A stretch of 64,000 nt of DNA. It comes from Felis catus. Its lineage: Eukaryota. The position numbers and the translations under genes are program-made. The notes beneath the pieces are model-generated. The model worked only from the letters and a program-made list of their open reading frames with translations, searched no databases and was not told the origin of the DNA. Numbering within the stretch: position 1 is the stretch's first letter; each line of letters opens with the position of its first letter. The DNA is taken from positions 147,934,001 through 147,998,000 of the forward strand of contig NC_058368.1 in assembly GCF_018350175.1 (NCBI RefSeq). The letters are read 5' to 3'. This document shows positions 1-13,646 of the stretch, piece after piece.

Positions 1-185
1 TTTTATATACAATCTGATAATCACTGCTTTCAATTTGCATTGTGAGATGATTTATACTTATGTGATTACTTATATGCTTGGGTTTAAATTTATACTACGC
101 CTATTATTACAATACATTATTTCACATGTGTGAAAGAATTCTACATTTGTATTTTTTAAATTCTTTTTTTAATATTTATTTATTT

Positions 186-412
186 AATTTTTTAATTTTT
201 TATTTTTTTTTACGTTTATTTATTTTTGAGACAGAGAGAGACAGAGCATGAATAGGGGAGGGTCAGAGAGAGAGGGAGACACAGAATCTGAAACAGGTTC
301 CAAGCTCTGAGCGGTCAGCACAGAGCCCGACGCAGGACTTGAACTCACAGACCACGAGATCATGATCTGAGCTGAAGTCGGACGCTTAACCGACTGAGCC
401 ACCCAGGCACCC
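186..412 (-). mobile_element. CanSINE (SINEC_Fc type) inserted into the A-tail of the adjacent SINE
   Basis: Reverse-complement tRNA-like head, (CT)n tract and A-rich tail; near-duplication ttaatatttatt / ttaatgtttatt. Confidence 0.95.
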
Positions 413-616
413 TTAATGTTTATTTTTGAGAGAGAGAGAGAGAGACAGAGCATGAGCAGGGGGAGGGACAAAGAGACAGATACAGAATCCGAAGCATGGT
501 CCAGGCTCTGAGCTGTCAGCACAGAGCCTGGTGCGGGGCTTGAACTTACAAGCCGTGAGATCAAGACCTGTGCTGAAGTCAAAATCTTAACTGACTGAGC
601 CACCCAGGCATACCCC
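413..616 (-). mobile_element. CanSINE (outer element; its tail continues at ~152-185)
   Basis: Full SINE body; degenerate TSD tctacatttgta (~140-151) / tctacctttgta (~621-632). Confidence 0.93.
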
Positions 617-1322
617 AAACTCTACCTTTGTAATTAAGGTTCAATTAACCAGCTCACTTTGAATTAATCAAAGCAAACTCCTCCTGGGTAGGCCTGACCT
701 AATCAAATGGATTCTTTTAAAAGGCAGTCTAGAGATCAGAGAAAAACTCTCCTGCTAGCTTTGAAAAAGCAAGTTTGCCATGAGTTCCATAGTTGCAAAG
801 AAATTTATTCTTATAACCACCACATGATCTTGAAAGAGGACCTTGGACCTCAGATGAGAATGTAGTCCTGATTAACACCTTGAATGCAGCCTGTGGAACC
901 CTGTACAGAGAACTCATCAAAAACAAGCCTGGACTGGTAACCCAGGGAAATTTGGTAACAGAGTGAAATAATAGGTATAAATTGTTTAAAGACACTAGGT
1001 TTGTGGTAATTTATGTGGCAAGTGAAACTAATACATGATTATAAAACTGTTCTGGCACTTACAGGTTAATTTAGGGTTTATAGTGCACATTGTTCACTTA
1101 TCACAATTTACTAATAAATATAAATTCAAGTTTTATTTATCAAAAAATAATATATAGAAAGAACATGATAACAGTATATTTTGGATTTCTTCCTTTATGA
1201 CCTGTGTGCTATTGCTGTCACACATTTTCCTTCTACATGAGTCCCCCATGGTACAGTTTCATTTTTTCCACTTTAGACAGTTAATTACCATTTTAAAGGA
1301 TTTAAGTGATAATTTTAAAAAT

Positions 1323-1537
1323 ATTTATTTTATTTTTTTTAATGTTTATTTATTTTTGAGAGAGAAAGAGAGTGCAAGCCGGGGAGGGTCAGAGAGAGAG
1401 GGAGACACAAGATCTGAAGCAGGGCTCCAGGCTCAGTGTCTGTATAGAGCCCGATGCGGGGCTCAAACACACGAACCATGAGATAATGACCTGAGATGAA
1501 GTCGGAGGCTTAACTGAGTGGGCCACCCAGGTGCCCC
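1323..1537 (-). mobile_element. CanSINE
   Basis: SINE body ending ...ccacccaggtgcccc; TSD taattttaaaaat on both sides. Confidence 0.95.
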
Positions 1538-2465
1538 AGTAATTTTAAAAATCTTTGCATTTATCCATAAAGTTACTGTTTCTGGTGTTCGTCATTCCTT
1601 TATTTTGAACCAGATTTCCATCTGGTACCATGTTCCTTCTACTTAAATAACTTCTTTTAGCATTCCTTGTAGTGCAGTTCTGCTGGGATGATATATGCTT
1701 TTAGCTCTGTGTCTGAAAAAGATCTTTGTTTCACTTTCATATTTGAAATACATTTTTTTTCTGGATAAAGAATTCTAAGCAGACAGATTTCTTTCTTTTT
1801 TTTCCTTTTACTACTTTAAAATTATTTTCCACTATGTTTTTGCTTGTATTGTTTCTAATGAGTGATCTGCTTTCAGTCTTATCTGGTTTTTTTTTTCTGT
1901 ATATAACACGTCTTTTTCCTCTGGATGCGTTTACAATTTCCTACATTTTACTGTTGTTGAGCAATTTTATTGTGATGTGCCTTGGTGTGGTTTTCTTTAT
2001 GTTTCCTGTGCTTGGGCTTAATTAGCTTCTTGATGAGTGAGTTAGAAGTACTGTGACACATTCTAACTATGCATTATAAATTCACACTCTGAATCAATGT
2101 GTTCATGCACTAATATCAAGTTTAAAAGTAAAACCATCCAGAATGTCTCAGAGATTATAATGATATAATATTGAATTTGATGGATATTGAATTTCATGTG
2201 ATTTGAATGACTCAGTGTTTATTATTTTTAAAGAACTGCTTAAATTCACAATTATAAAAGGAAAATGTGGATTATGTACATAAATGTTGAGATTGAAAAT
2301 AGTATTATAGGTTACTGAACATTTTATTTAATTATCACTGTGTGCCTTGTGGCATTACCAGTAAAGCAAAGTCTCTTTAAATTATCTAGTCATGTACATT
2401 CACTGGGAATTTGGGGGAAGGGCCCTTTTGGGTGTAGTACTCTATTAATATGTTGTGATGGTCTT

Positions 2466-2702
2466 TTTTTTAAAGTTTTTTTCAATGTTTATTTATTTTT
2501 GAGAGACAGAGAAAGAGAGACACAGAACATAAGAAAGGGGTTGGGGGTGGGGAGCAGAGAGAGGGAGACACAGAATCTGAAGCAGGCTCCAGGCTCTGAG
2601 CTGTCAGCACAGAGCCCTATGCAGGGCTCAAACCCACAAACCCAGAGACCATGACCTGAGCTGAAGTCAGAGGCTTGAATGACTGACCAACCCAGGCGCC
2701 CC
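2466..2702 (-). mobile_element. CanSINE
   Basis: SINE body; degenerate TSD taatatgttg..atrgtctt. Confidence 0.95.
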
Positions 2703-4972
2703 TAATATGTTGATAGTCTTAATGAGCCTCAAAGACAACATCTATTATTACTATTTAAATCCTAGTATACACTTTCTGTTTTATGGCAACATAATGAAAT
2801 CATACAATAAAATGCTTCAAGAAACTTTCAAAACTGGTAGCACTTTATGGTCTGGCAGAGGCTAACCCAACACTCTTAAATAGCATGTTCCTGGCAGCTG
2901 CCCTGTGAGTACAGCAGGAGAGATATTGGCATTCCAGTCCTGCCTACCAGTTTCACAATACCACCTGCCCTGAACATACCTGCTGAGAATGCTGGGGTCA
3001 TGGAAGAATCCAAAGGTCAGGCTTCTGGTTTTGGTGTAGCTTTAGAGGAGATAGAAAAAGCTTGGAGGGAAATTTGCTCTGTATTTTTTCTCAGCAAAAG
3101 GAAAGTACATCCTCTAAAACCCTGTGTAAGAAGTGAAAAAATAAAAAGAGGACATTTATTCTGCTGCTAAAGTAGGACAAAAACACAACTTAGAGTCATG
3201 AGTTAAAAGTCAGTAAACATATTGTAGTTCTTTTCCAAAGAGCTCAGTTGAGATAACGGTTCTTTAGGAAGGTGTAAGGAATAATAGTACTTATGATTTG
3301 TAAATGCTGTCATTTGAGGTGGTCAGAATGCAAGACTAGAATGCTGAATTGAAGTATAAGACAAACAACAAGCTTCTGAAATCATAAATCCGGCATGCAA
3401 TTTTGAGAAGTGAGGTACATTTGTTTTGAGTGGGCTATTGGTGAGCCTAGGCCAACAGTCTTTGGAATTGAAAGCAAGGCTCATATGACTTGTAATAAAT
3501 TTTATATGTTTCAGACCTAGTGAGGTTCAAAAGTGAGGAATTTGTTTGCATTCTGATGCAACACCAATTGTATTAACAGATGTTTAAGGATGAATGTTCT
3601 AAACCAAAGGCATTTGTTTGATATTTTCAGCATCATTTTTTCTACCCACATATGTCAAAACAATTCTGAACAGCATGCTTTCCAAACTGCTAGTAATTTC
3701 TTTAGAGAAATAACTTCAGAAGCAAAAGTAATTAACTAAGCAAATAAAGTTTGTATAAAATTAGAACCTATTCAAGTAGAACAAAAAATTTTTTTTTGTT
3801 AAGAGCTAATAAAGAGGGATCACAGTGAATTAGATTAAATTTCTTTTTCACAAATATTAATATTCTTTGTACTATTACGGGCTACGTATTCTGATTCAGG
3901 TATTAACAGTTGTCATAGTCCAACTGTTTTTTGTGGTGGAGAAGGAAATGTTCACCTTTTATATTATCTTTTTGAATAATTTTTAAATTTACAATTTTTA
4001 GTAAAGAAATAAGCTTGGAGGTCAGCAAACTATACTTATAGAATCAATGTTGGCTTATTACTTGATGTTCTCCAAGGCATGTGCTTTTCTTCTATTTACC
4101 CACAGCATAAACTAAAAACTGTCAGTGTGCAGGACCCAGAGAAGAGCAGCATCATTCTGTGGACAACAACCATCATATATACCTTGCAGCAGAAACTTAC
4201 TGTATGGGTCATTCTCTCCACACACATATCAGTATACCCAGGTCAGGTTAAGCTGTTGAGTCATTTTGGTATCTTAGAGCACTTTTCCTTGTGTGGAATC
4301 CTCTTCTTTGTAGACAGGCCTAATTATAGTCATTGACGATTATCCAATGAACAAGTCTTCTAGAACGTGTAGATACCTGTTTCCTACCCAACTCCTCCTT
4401 AAGAATCCCGGTACCTCTGGGAATCCTGAGAGAAAGACTGGAAAAGAAACAGACTCTTGGCAAAAGAAGTGGACTGGAATTAGTTTTTGAATTCTCTAAA
4501 CAATGAGTTTGCACAGCAATGGAACTTTAAACTGGTACCTCCACTAACCATAATTCTATAGAGTTGATTGCTTTGAAAGATCTGTAACATACCACACTGT
4601 GAAAATACAAATAATTCACAAGATGAGTTATAGAATTTATTGTTTTCTCTCTCAAGTCTAATTGGTTATTAAAATCACAGGAATATTTTTGAGTGTTAAT
4701 CAGTGTATACATGCAACTTCATATCTCTATGGTAAGTTGGTCATCATTTCCCTCAGTAATTTTTATTGTATTAAATATATTAAATATTAAATATATATAA
4801 AGTATTACTTTTACCTTAAATTCCAAGTTGCAGATTATGTTCTTATTGCATACCAATGCAATGAAATGAGGAGCTATTTCTACTGCTAAAAAGCATGTAT
4901 TGATTAAAGAGTTATAGCTATAATCATATTAAACCCCCAAACTGTGGCAGATGCTGGTTAAAAAAAAATGCA

Positions 4973-5197
4973 GAGGCACCAGGGTGGCACAGTTGGTTAA
5001 CCGTCCTACTTTGGCTCAGGTCCTGATCATGGGTCCGTGGGTTCAAGCCCCACATTGGGTTCTGTGCAGACAGCTTAGAGTCTGGAGCCTGCTTCAGATT
5101 CTGTGTCTCCCTGTCTCTCTACCCTCCCCTGCTTGCACTCTGTCTCTCTCTCTCTGTCTCTCAAAAAATAAAATAAAAAGTTAAACAAAAGTTTTTT
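4973..5197 (+). mobile_element. CanSINE
   Basis: A-box/B-box-like head, cctggagcctgcttcagattctgtgtctccc-like core, (CT)n, aataaa tail. Confidence 0.93.
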
Positions 5198-7060
5198 AAA
5201 TACAGAAATCTCGCATATTCTCACAAAAGATAGGATAATCTCATTTTTTCCCCATACAAAACCATTTTTGTAAATAAACAAGTCTTCTGTAATGTGAAGC
5301 AATTGCTTTTTGCAAAAAATGATACTTCAGTATAAAAAATTAATTCAGTTCATAGAAGATGGTTAGAGCTTGACAAGTTTTATTCCAAAAATAAATAAAG
5401 GTCTGTCACTGTACATTTCTCAGACTCTAGCAATCTTTCACACAAGGTGTTATCTGTAATTTCATTGAAAATAAACATGACTACTTTCTACCATGCATAA
5501 AGATATATAGTTATATGTTATTCTAGGCCAAGTGAATTATTCTGTGTTACTGATTGGTTTAAATTAGGTAATTTGTGAGAAATAAGGAAATCCTACAACA
5601 ACAAAGCACACGGATTGCTTCAAAATTGAAATGCTGCTATAAGGAAGCTCACACAGCAAGATGCCTTTCTTTGCACAGTAAGAGACCCACCTTTTGAGAA
5701 ATACAGTCTGCACATGTTTATAACATCATGATCTTAAAAAAAAAACACTTTTCAGAAAGCTGTTCAGTATCTATAGATTCTATGAAGCAGAAATCATGCT
5801 GATGTCTGACAGGTGTGAAAAAAATTAGGGTTCAGCAGGGTTTTTACATGACCAAAATTTGTGCTGAATCCACGTAGCAAATTTGTTGTGTGTTTTTAGT
5901 CTTCAGTGGAGAACAAAACCAGTTGTATGCTAAAACAGCCCCTCCTTTCCCCACCATACTCTAGAATCCATCTCCCACGTGCTGGGGAAAGGGACATCTT
6001 TCTTTTCCATCACTTTAGCAGAATGATGAATTCCCCAATCCAGTGGAATTTACTCTTCAGTTTAACTGTTTAAAAAAAACATGTTTGTTGTGTTATGTAG
6101 GCCCAGGGCCTCAGAAAAACAAACAGGCAAAAGCACAGCAACCCCAAACCTTCCCTGATCTAGGAGTTACGAAACCTGCTCCTGTCATATAGCACTGATC
6201 TATCCCTTTATCTCTAGGGTCCTCAGTTTACCCACTTACATAATTACATAGTTGAACGAGGTAACATACTAGCTCCCTAAAAGATTTATCTGATTCTAAA
6301 ACAGAAGTTTTTAATCTGATCATTCAGTATTGTCTCTCTGGTTTCCCACAAACTTAAAAGAGTCAGTAACTGACAAAGCTTGATTTACTGTGAAATAGAT
6401 TCTTAAGAGACAATAGCAATTTAATAATCACAAACTACTTACTATATCCTCTATTAATATTCCATTGTCACGTGAAGTAATGTATTTTATATTTTCCATT
6501 CTAGAAGTGTTAAGAAAATATCTCCATTGAACAAAAATACGTCCCAGTGACAATTTCCTTTTTGTTATTATCTTCTCCTTGTTTTCTTTTCTAAATTTTT
6601 TTAGTGATTTTCAGTAAATTAGATGAAATGGTGAAATAGATTGACCCTGTATTGCAATAGTAGTTGTTTCCTTTTTATTCCCATCAAGGTATCTTTCTGT
6701 TTTTCTGGTTCATGTAAGCTCACAGCTGCCCCAGACACTACCTAAGAAGAATGCCACTTCCTTATCCACAACATGAAGTTAGAGTCACACATCCCACATT
6801 CTTCTTTTCACATGGCTGTCCAAGGAACTACTATTGTTAATACAATCATGCTTTGGAACATTACTTTTCTCACCATCACTACTATTTAGTAAAGTTTAAT
6901 TTGTATTTGGCTAAGTTGGAAAAAAGTTCAAATCTGAATAAAGCATGGCATTCTGTAAACAGACGCTTCAAGTAGTAACACAATGGACAGTAAGATGGGA
7001 ACAGGGCAAACTAGATGTTTAGCATCAGCAATACAGAAAAAACAAAGGCTAAAATGCTAT

Positions 7061-7251
7061 TTATTTTTTTGACAGAGAGAAAGAGAGAGCGAGAGCGAGA
7101 GCGAGAGCGAGAGAGAGAGAGAGAGAGAGAGAATTCCAAGCAGGCTCCTCATTGTCAGTACAGAGCCAGGCAGAGCTTGATCTCAGGAACTGTGGGATCA
7201 TGACCTGAGCCGAAAACAGTCACTCAACCGACTGAGCCACCCAGGTGGCCC
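7061..7251 (-). mobile_element. CanSINE (diverged) with (GAGAGC)n/(GA)n tract
   Basis: SINE body; TSD ctaaaatgctattt / ctagaatgttattt. Confidence 0.9.
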
Positions 7252-8699
7252 TAGAATGTTATTTTAAAATTCAACAATTGGGTATTACTCTATAAATACT
7301 GGATACAAAACAATACCCAGGAAATGCAGGGTAATTTAGTATGCAATAATTAAATTGGTATGTGGCAGAGGATAGAATTATCCTTGAAACAATAAAAAAA
7401 AAGTGTATTGCAAGTGTTGCTTTTTTCCCAATTAATAACAGACGTAGCTTTCAATAAATGTATACACTAGTATTTTTCAATGTAGGAAGTTCACAGTGTA
7501 GAGAAAAGCTGAAGAACTGGAATTAAATAGGTAATATATTTCAGGAAATAGAAAGGTCATTTTCTCAAAGACATAAAGTAAAACTATACAGATATCTAGA
7601 TCTAGGAGGTTATGTACAGAGAAAATTTCCACATACACATACACAGCCTGCCCTCTCACATACACATAAGCACACACAAATGTACAAATGTCAGTCTGTA
7701 GATAGAGTTAATAAAAGTAGAGAAACAGCTTAACTCAGAGTTCGAGTGGTAATAAGATTAACTTCCAAAGTATATTTTTTAGCTTTAAATGCTTGCCAAT
7801 TTTTAAAATTTTGTTCAGTTTTGTAAAGAAAATGTTAGAAAAGGTTTGAACTTACATTGCCTTTTGTAGTAAAATGTGACACGCATTAACAATGTTCACA
7901 AAACTACTCTGCACCTTAATAAAAGTATTGTATACATAAACTGTTTTGGTGTTTTGAGCCCTGAGAATGCAATTCTCTTCATTCTGGTAATTACTCCCTG
8001 GCCACTCACAGATGACAATTTCATTGTGCCTGATCTGATTCTTAACAAAGAAGATCAAATTAGACATAGTCTTACATTGATAAGAAATTCTACTCCTTTC
8101 TTATACAAGTTACATTTGTCAAAGTGAATTGAACTAAATAAAAATGTATGCCAGATTCATTTTGGAATTTTAAAATATATACTTATTATTTATATTGCTC
8201 TCTATTAATTTAGCCATATTATAAATTGAGCAGTTTAATGAATTAACGTCTCCTGCTCATTGAGAATATTAGCAAGAAAAAGATCCACTACTCTTTTAGT
8301 ATCACAGTTTAATTGCTAATATAAACCAGGATTTATCCTTATTCACATCATCTTCTTGCTTTACTTGATTCCTATGATTGCTGCTTATATCCTGTCAACT
8401 TAATTATAATTTCATGCCAACTTCTTTCTGCAATTCTTGCAAGGATTATCAGTTATGTATTTATTTTTTCCATCCAGATGACCCCTGCTACTGTAGCTAG
8501 ACATATCTAACATTGAACTTCTCACTTCTTTCTTCGACTCATGTATGTACATTTCCTTGAATTTCTCTCATTTCACTTGTACTGTCACTGTCCCCTTGTT
8601 TTTCCATATCTGTTTGTGGGGATGACTCTTTCAGTAAACTTTAAACTTCTAAAAGGAAGCCTATCTTATTTATCTCTATATAACTCATTCTATTGCACA

Positions 8700-8920
8700 G
8701 TACAGTTAAGAACACTGAATCTGGGACCAGACTGTCAAAGGTGAAATCTCAGCTATTTATTTTACTAGTGATGTGATATTGGGCAAATTGATTAGCCATT
8801 TTTTTTTTTGGTTTTTTTAGTATTGCAAAATAGGAACTACAATAGTTCCACCTCATAGGGCACTATTCAGGATGAATTGGGACAACAGATGTGAAATAAA
8901 CAGAAAGCACTTAATAACTG
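8700..8920 (+). mobile_element. MIR
   Basis: gttaagaacactgaatctgg...tgtgatattgggcaaatt...acctcatagggcactattcaggatgaattg resembles the MIR core. Confidence 0.7.
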
Positions 8921-8930
8921 TTAATTACAT

Positions 8931-9140
8931 GGGGCGCCTGGGTGGCTCAGTCGTTGAGCGTCTGACTTTGGCTCAGGTCACGATCTCGCAGTTTGTGAGT
9001 TCGAGCCCCACATCAGGCTCTGTGCTGACAACTCAGAGCCTGGAGCCTGCTTCAGATTCTGTGTCTCCCTGTCTCTCTGCCCCTCCCCTGCTCAGTCTCT
9101 GCCTCTCTGTCAAAAATAAATAAACATTAAAAATTAAAAA
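8931..9140 (+). mobile_element. CanSINE
   Basis: Starts ggggcgcctgggtggctcagtc; TSD aataactgttaattaca / aatagctgttaattaca. Confidence 0.96.
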
Positions 9141-9524
9141 AATAGCTGTTAATTACAAATTATTATTGAATTTAGTATTATTTCATTTCCATGACTGCCA
9201 CAGTGACTAAACTATATGTACTGAATGACTAAATCAATTAACGCAGGCAGCCGAGAACTAAATTGCAATAATCCTAAAATGTCCTTGACATATTACTGCA
9301 AACATCTGTGTTTCAAAGGAAAAGAAACATGTTACTTCAGATGTAAAGTTATTAAATTAACAATTGTTTACAAATGATTTATAGTAAAGATGTTCTCTGG
9401 TACAAGAAAACTACAGGCCAAATTCTAAAGGTATTGGCCATATATTTAGAGGTTACTGATACTATAATCTTCACAATTTCCTCTAGAATAGGAATTAAGA
9501 AAAAAATTTAGCTTGGCATACAAT

Positions 9525-9780
9525 TTTCCCAAACATATTTGTTTACATCAAATAAGAGTTTCTCAAGGTATATTCTTCAAAACATTGGTATCAGCCGATA
9601 GCTAGTACTTGGAGAATAGCGCTCTCTGGCCAATAGTTTTGTGATATAATGTGTTAAAGAGCTAAGCAGATGTTTTCACTGCAGTAATTCTCATAACTTT
9701 TAATTTCATTATGTAACTTTCATTATGATACCTAGAAAAGGAAGTCTATGGAACAGACTTTTCCCTAAATTTATTAAACT
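9525..9780. mobile_element. Possible hAT-Charlie-type DNA transposon relic
   Basis: ttttcccaaacatattt ... actgcagtaattctcataacttttaat ... ttttccctaaatttatt resembles old non-autonomous Charlie elements; recalled similarity only. Confidence 0.4.
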
Positions 9781-11749
9781 TCAGTATGAGAGAATCATTC
9801 AGGACTCAGGGCTCTGTCAAGCAAGCAACTGGGAAAAAATTAATTTAAACTTTTATTTGTTTATTTCCTTATTGTTTGATTTGGATTCTACCTGCATAGT
9901 GGATTCAGTTCTTTACATAAAGGGGAACAGAATGCATAGGAACATAATTTTCCTAATAACACTGGACTCTTTGTCCCCTATTTATTTTGTCAATATTCTT
10001 TCTTGGATTTTGTAGGGCCAGTCAGTGGCACACTGGAACTTTAGGAAGGGATAAGGAAGAGGAAAGTTATAGAATTAATGGGAAATTTCCTGAGGACTTC
10101 TCAGTTTCTTTCCTTTCTTAGCATATTAGATGATACTGTATCTAGTGGGATTGCCAAAATATTTTTTGTGTGGTCAGTTGGGAGAAGGGTACTTTAGAGA
10201 ATGTGGAGGATATTAAAAAAGTTTATTTTACTTAATAACTAAGACAATGTCATTTATATGACTTCTTTTGTTCAAGGGAAAGTAGGACTCAAAACTTAAA
10301 TGCATGTTTATTCAAGTATATCTCATAGAAATTCACGAATTAAACTCATCTGCCTTATGTAATTAAAAGTCTTAGGGGTACTTATAATATAATTGAATTA
10401 TAAGGTGCCCTGCGAGCTTTTGAGGGAGAAAACCATAAAACTTAAATGGCTCTCTGGCTGACTGCAGAATGAATGAGGCCTCTATAATTCATTAACGGAT
10501 GGTCCCAAGATCCTTAAAACTTGAATAAACAGTGAGACCTCTTAAGAATCTTTGTCGTTCTAAAATCTAAGTAAAACATGTTTAATTTCCTCCTTTTCTT
10601 TATTTAAAACACAAACAACACTTAAGCCTTCCAAATGATCTACATTATTTGTAGCTTATTTTTTTAATTCTTTTCCCACTCCAGTTCAAATTAGCTTATT
10701 TCCTTTTTTTTTTTTTTGGGTTTTTTTTCTCACATTTATGAGTATTTCCCCAACAAGTAACATTGAAGAGGAAAAACATAAAACAGTGCTTATTATGCCA
10801 CAGGTATGTGTGCACCACATGCATGTTTGTGTTTAATATAAATTTTTCTAAAAGTATATTATTAAGCCAAAAGAAGAGAGAAGGAGAGAGGGAAAGAGGG
10901 AGGGAGGGAGACAAAACAAACATGTAAAACACGCAGAATGTGGAGCTGAACTCTTGCCATTGTGAACTTTATTCATTCCTCCTCCTTGCATGCATTTGTT
11001 CATTTTGTGAAAAGCAGAAGCTGACAGAAGATTCCCTATGATTCTTACTCAGTGTCCAGTGCCCACGCTCAGAGAGGAGAAGGGAAATGCCACAGCTGTT
11101 TACTTGCTTTGTGCACTCCCTCTCTTTGTGACCAGAACCATCCAATTACCATAATACTTCACCGTAACATGGTATAGTCACTGTAAATACTGGAGACTTA
11201 AATATAGCAGTGAAAAAGAGAGACTGATTTCAGAAGATTAAAGAAATGTAAAAAAAAAACCAGCAGATTCGTGAGGAAGTACTCTGAAAATTACTTTAGT
11301 TCTCTCAGATTATTAGGTCAAAAACAAATCACTCTTACTATTATATTTCAATTTATATTCTCATCTTTCCTATTTCTCATATCTGAAGTGCAACAACCAA
11401 ATCACCACAGCGGTCCATCAAGTTTCCATATAATAGTATCCGTGTTCCATTTTCTTTCTTGGAGAATCTTGTTAACATTGCTTTCACACAGGCACTGATG
11501 CTAAGAGTGAAGTTTACACAAAGGCAGGTTTACTCAACAATTCTATATGCCAATGACAATACCACCTTGCTGTAGAAGTTGGCACTTCCACTTAGATGTG
11601 GCACAAGTTTATTTCAATTTTAATTGTTTTATTACTTTATTACTTTATTTATTAATTTATGTGTCAGTCCTTGCAGTCCTATTTATTCCAAAGCATCATA
11701 GATCTATCTGTACTATATACATAACCACTATTATGTAACAGAGAAATGA

Positions 11750-11860
11750 TAATTACTGACCCTCTTAACAATATTTTAAGTGTATAATACAGTATAACAT
11801 TGTTAACATTGTAACTACTGGTATAATTTTGTACAACACATCTCTAGAACTTCTTCATCA
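11750..11860 (-). mobile_element. L1MA/MB-type 3' end fragment
   Basis: cctcttaacaatattttaagtgtataatacagta...tgtacaacacatctctagaactt. Confidence 0.6.
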
Positions 11861-12058
11861 AAAACCAAGATAACCTTTTAGGTATTCAGACATATATTAG
11901 AAGCGTTATCTTCATTTCTACAACAGATGATTTTTTTCTTTGTGTGACTTTTCATTTACAAATAGTACCCGGTGGGTTAAGAAGCATCCATCTAATTCTT
12001 AAAAATTATATTTCTATAGTTTACTCTTCATATTAAAGTCTCAAATTACCATGTTTTA

Positions 12059-12254
12059 TTTTTATTAATGTTTGTTTAATTATTTTGACAGTGTGGGTGA
12101 GAGAGAGAGCATCAGGGAGGGATAAGCTGAGACAGGGAGAGAAAATTGCAAGCAGGCTGTCTGACACAGGGCTTAAATTCGCAAACCATGAGATCATGAC
12201 CTGAGCTGAAACCAAGAGTCGGATGCTGAACTGAATGAGCCACCTAGGCACCCC
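12059..12254 (-). mobile_element. CanSINE (older subfamily)
   Basis: SINE body; perfect TSD tcaaattaccatgtttta at 12041-12058 and 12255-12272. Confidence 0.95.
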
Positions 12255-12728
12255 TCAAATTACCATGTTTTAAAGTGTTAAGCTGCATGCTATTGAATGC
12301 TGCATGCTTCCTTAACAAAACTAATGAAACTAGTATGGATCAGATATACTGTATCTCAAGCACTGAAGCCAGGAAGTTTTCCATATGACAAAGTTGATAC
12401 TTTTAACACTTTCTGTAAAATTATAGGTCTCACTGAAAACAGTGGCTCAAGCTTTTCTTTCACAATCATGCTCAACTGCTAATATGAAATGCATGAGAAA
12501 ATTCTAGTACTAGAGCACTGGGAAGAAAATGAACTTCAAACAATTCCTCCTCATCAGATCTATGTGGTAATCTGAAAGAAATCAATAAATAGCAAAATAA
12601 GCATTTATTTTACTCTTTATTTCTTTCTTCCTCTCTTCTTTTCTTATAATAAAAGAAATATCTCAAAGAAGGCAAAACGAGGCCAACTCTATTTGTTTCT
12701 GAGCACTTAAATACCCCATCTCCCAGAC

Positions 12729-12733
12729 CAAAA

Positions 12734-12765
<32 letters not shown>

Positions 12766-12775
12766 GAAAAAAGAA
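12729..12775 (+). repeat. Poly(A)/A-rich tract
   Basis: Run of about 28 A followed by gaagaaaaagaaaaaagaa. Confidence 0.9.
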
Positions 12776-13529
12776 CATATCAAAACAAAAATGCAGTCCT
12801 TGCTGTTAGAGATGTTCTTATTTATAGGCATTAGCACTTAACCTGCAAAACTTTCAAGAGAATTATCCATGGCAATTTTCTATGTTCTTAGGATGATAGA
12901 CATCATGAAATATCTCATTTAAACTTTTTAGTATAACAAGAGATCATCATCAATCAAGTAAAACAGGGACATAACTTGTCAGTATTAACATACTCAGTTT
13001 TTAGATAACATACAGTATACTTACACAAAACAAATACAAAAACTGAGATAAATAAGCGAGAAATATATTTATATTGCTTTTCAAAGGTAGATTAATTTTT
13101 CAACTAAAATTTTTTCAACTAAAATCTTACATGTCATCTTTGTTCCTGGTTCTTTGATAATTATTAAGAGAAATTAAGGTACAAACTATGTATATGTGGA
13201 CACAATTTTATAGAAAAATTTGAAGTTTAAACATAGTTTACATAAAGTCCCTCTTGTTATTACTTCAAAAGTCCACATATACTATTTCATAATTAAACAC
13301 ACTTATGACATAAATATTCCAAAAAATAATCATATGATAAACATTTAGCCCAGATGCACTCAAACTGATTAGAAAATAATTGTTCTAGCTAATAGCAGTG
13401 CAGTAGTTTGTGGAAATAGAGAGTTTTTAAAATTTTGTTTTGTTTTCTTACATAATATGCACCACCCAAAGTCCATATGCCCCCAAATGGAAAAGATAAA
13501 TCTTTTACTATAGCAGAGGCATAATATTT

Positions 13530-13646
13530 ATTTTTTTAGTTTCACATTTTTATTTAAATTCTAGTTAGTTAACATACAGTGTAATATTAATTTGAGGAGT
13601 AGAATTTAGTTACTCATCACTTACGTACAACACCCAGTGCTCTTCA
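13530..13646 (-). mobile_element. Extremely 5'-truncated carnivore L1 3' end with TSD
   Basis: aattctagttagttaacatacagtgtaata...tacaacacccagtgctc; TSD agaggcataatattt (13515-13529) / agaggcacaatattt (13647-13661). Confidence 0.85.

Larger units (their letters stand above)
105..1035 (+). mobile_element. MaLR LTR (MLT1E-like), split by two nested SINEs
   Basis: gtaattaaggt...ctgggtaggcctgacctaatca and the 3' end ttgtggtaatttatgtggcaagtgaaactaataca match MLT1 LTR hallmarks. Confidence 0.7.
1..2030 (-). mobile_element. Old eutherian L1 (L1M-type) remnant, ORF1/ORF2-start region, interrupted by MLT1 and SINEs
   Basis: 1-95 resembles the reverse complement of the ORF2 endonuclease start; 1620-2030 resembles antisense L1M ORF1 (cttcttttagcattccttgtagtgcagttctgctgg...ctggataaagaattcta). 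Highly diverged. Confidence 0.6.

Noticed and set aside
220..618. 132-aa ORF and the many similar WVAQSVK...SQK ORFs
   Set aside because: Translations of CanSINE bodies, not genes.
12729..12775. Long poly(A) as the tail of a processed pseudogene
   Set aside because: No recognisable upstream coding remnant and no TSD found.
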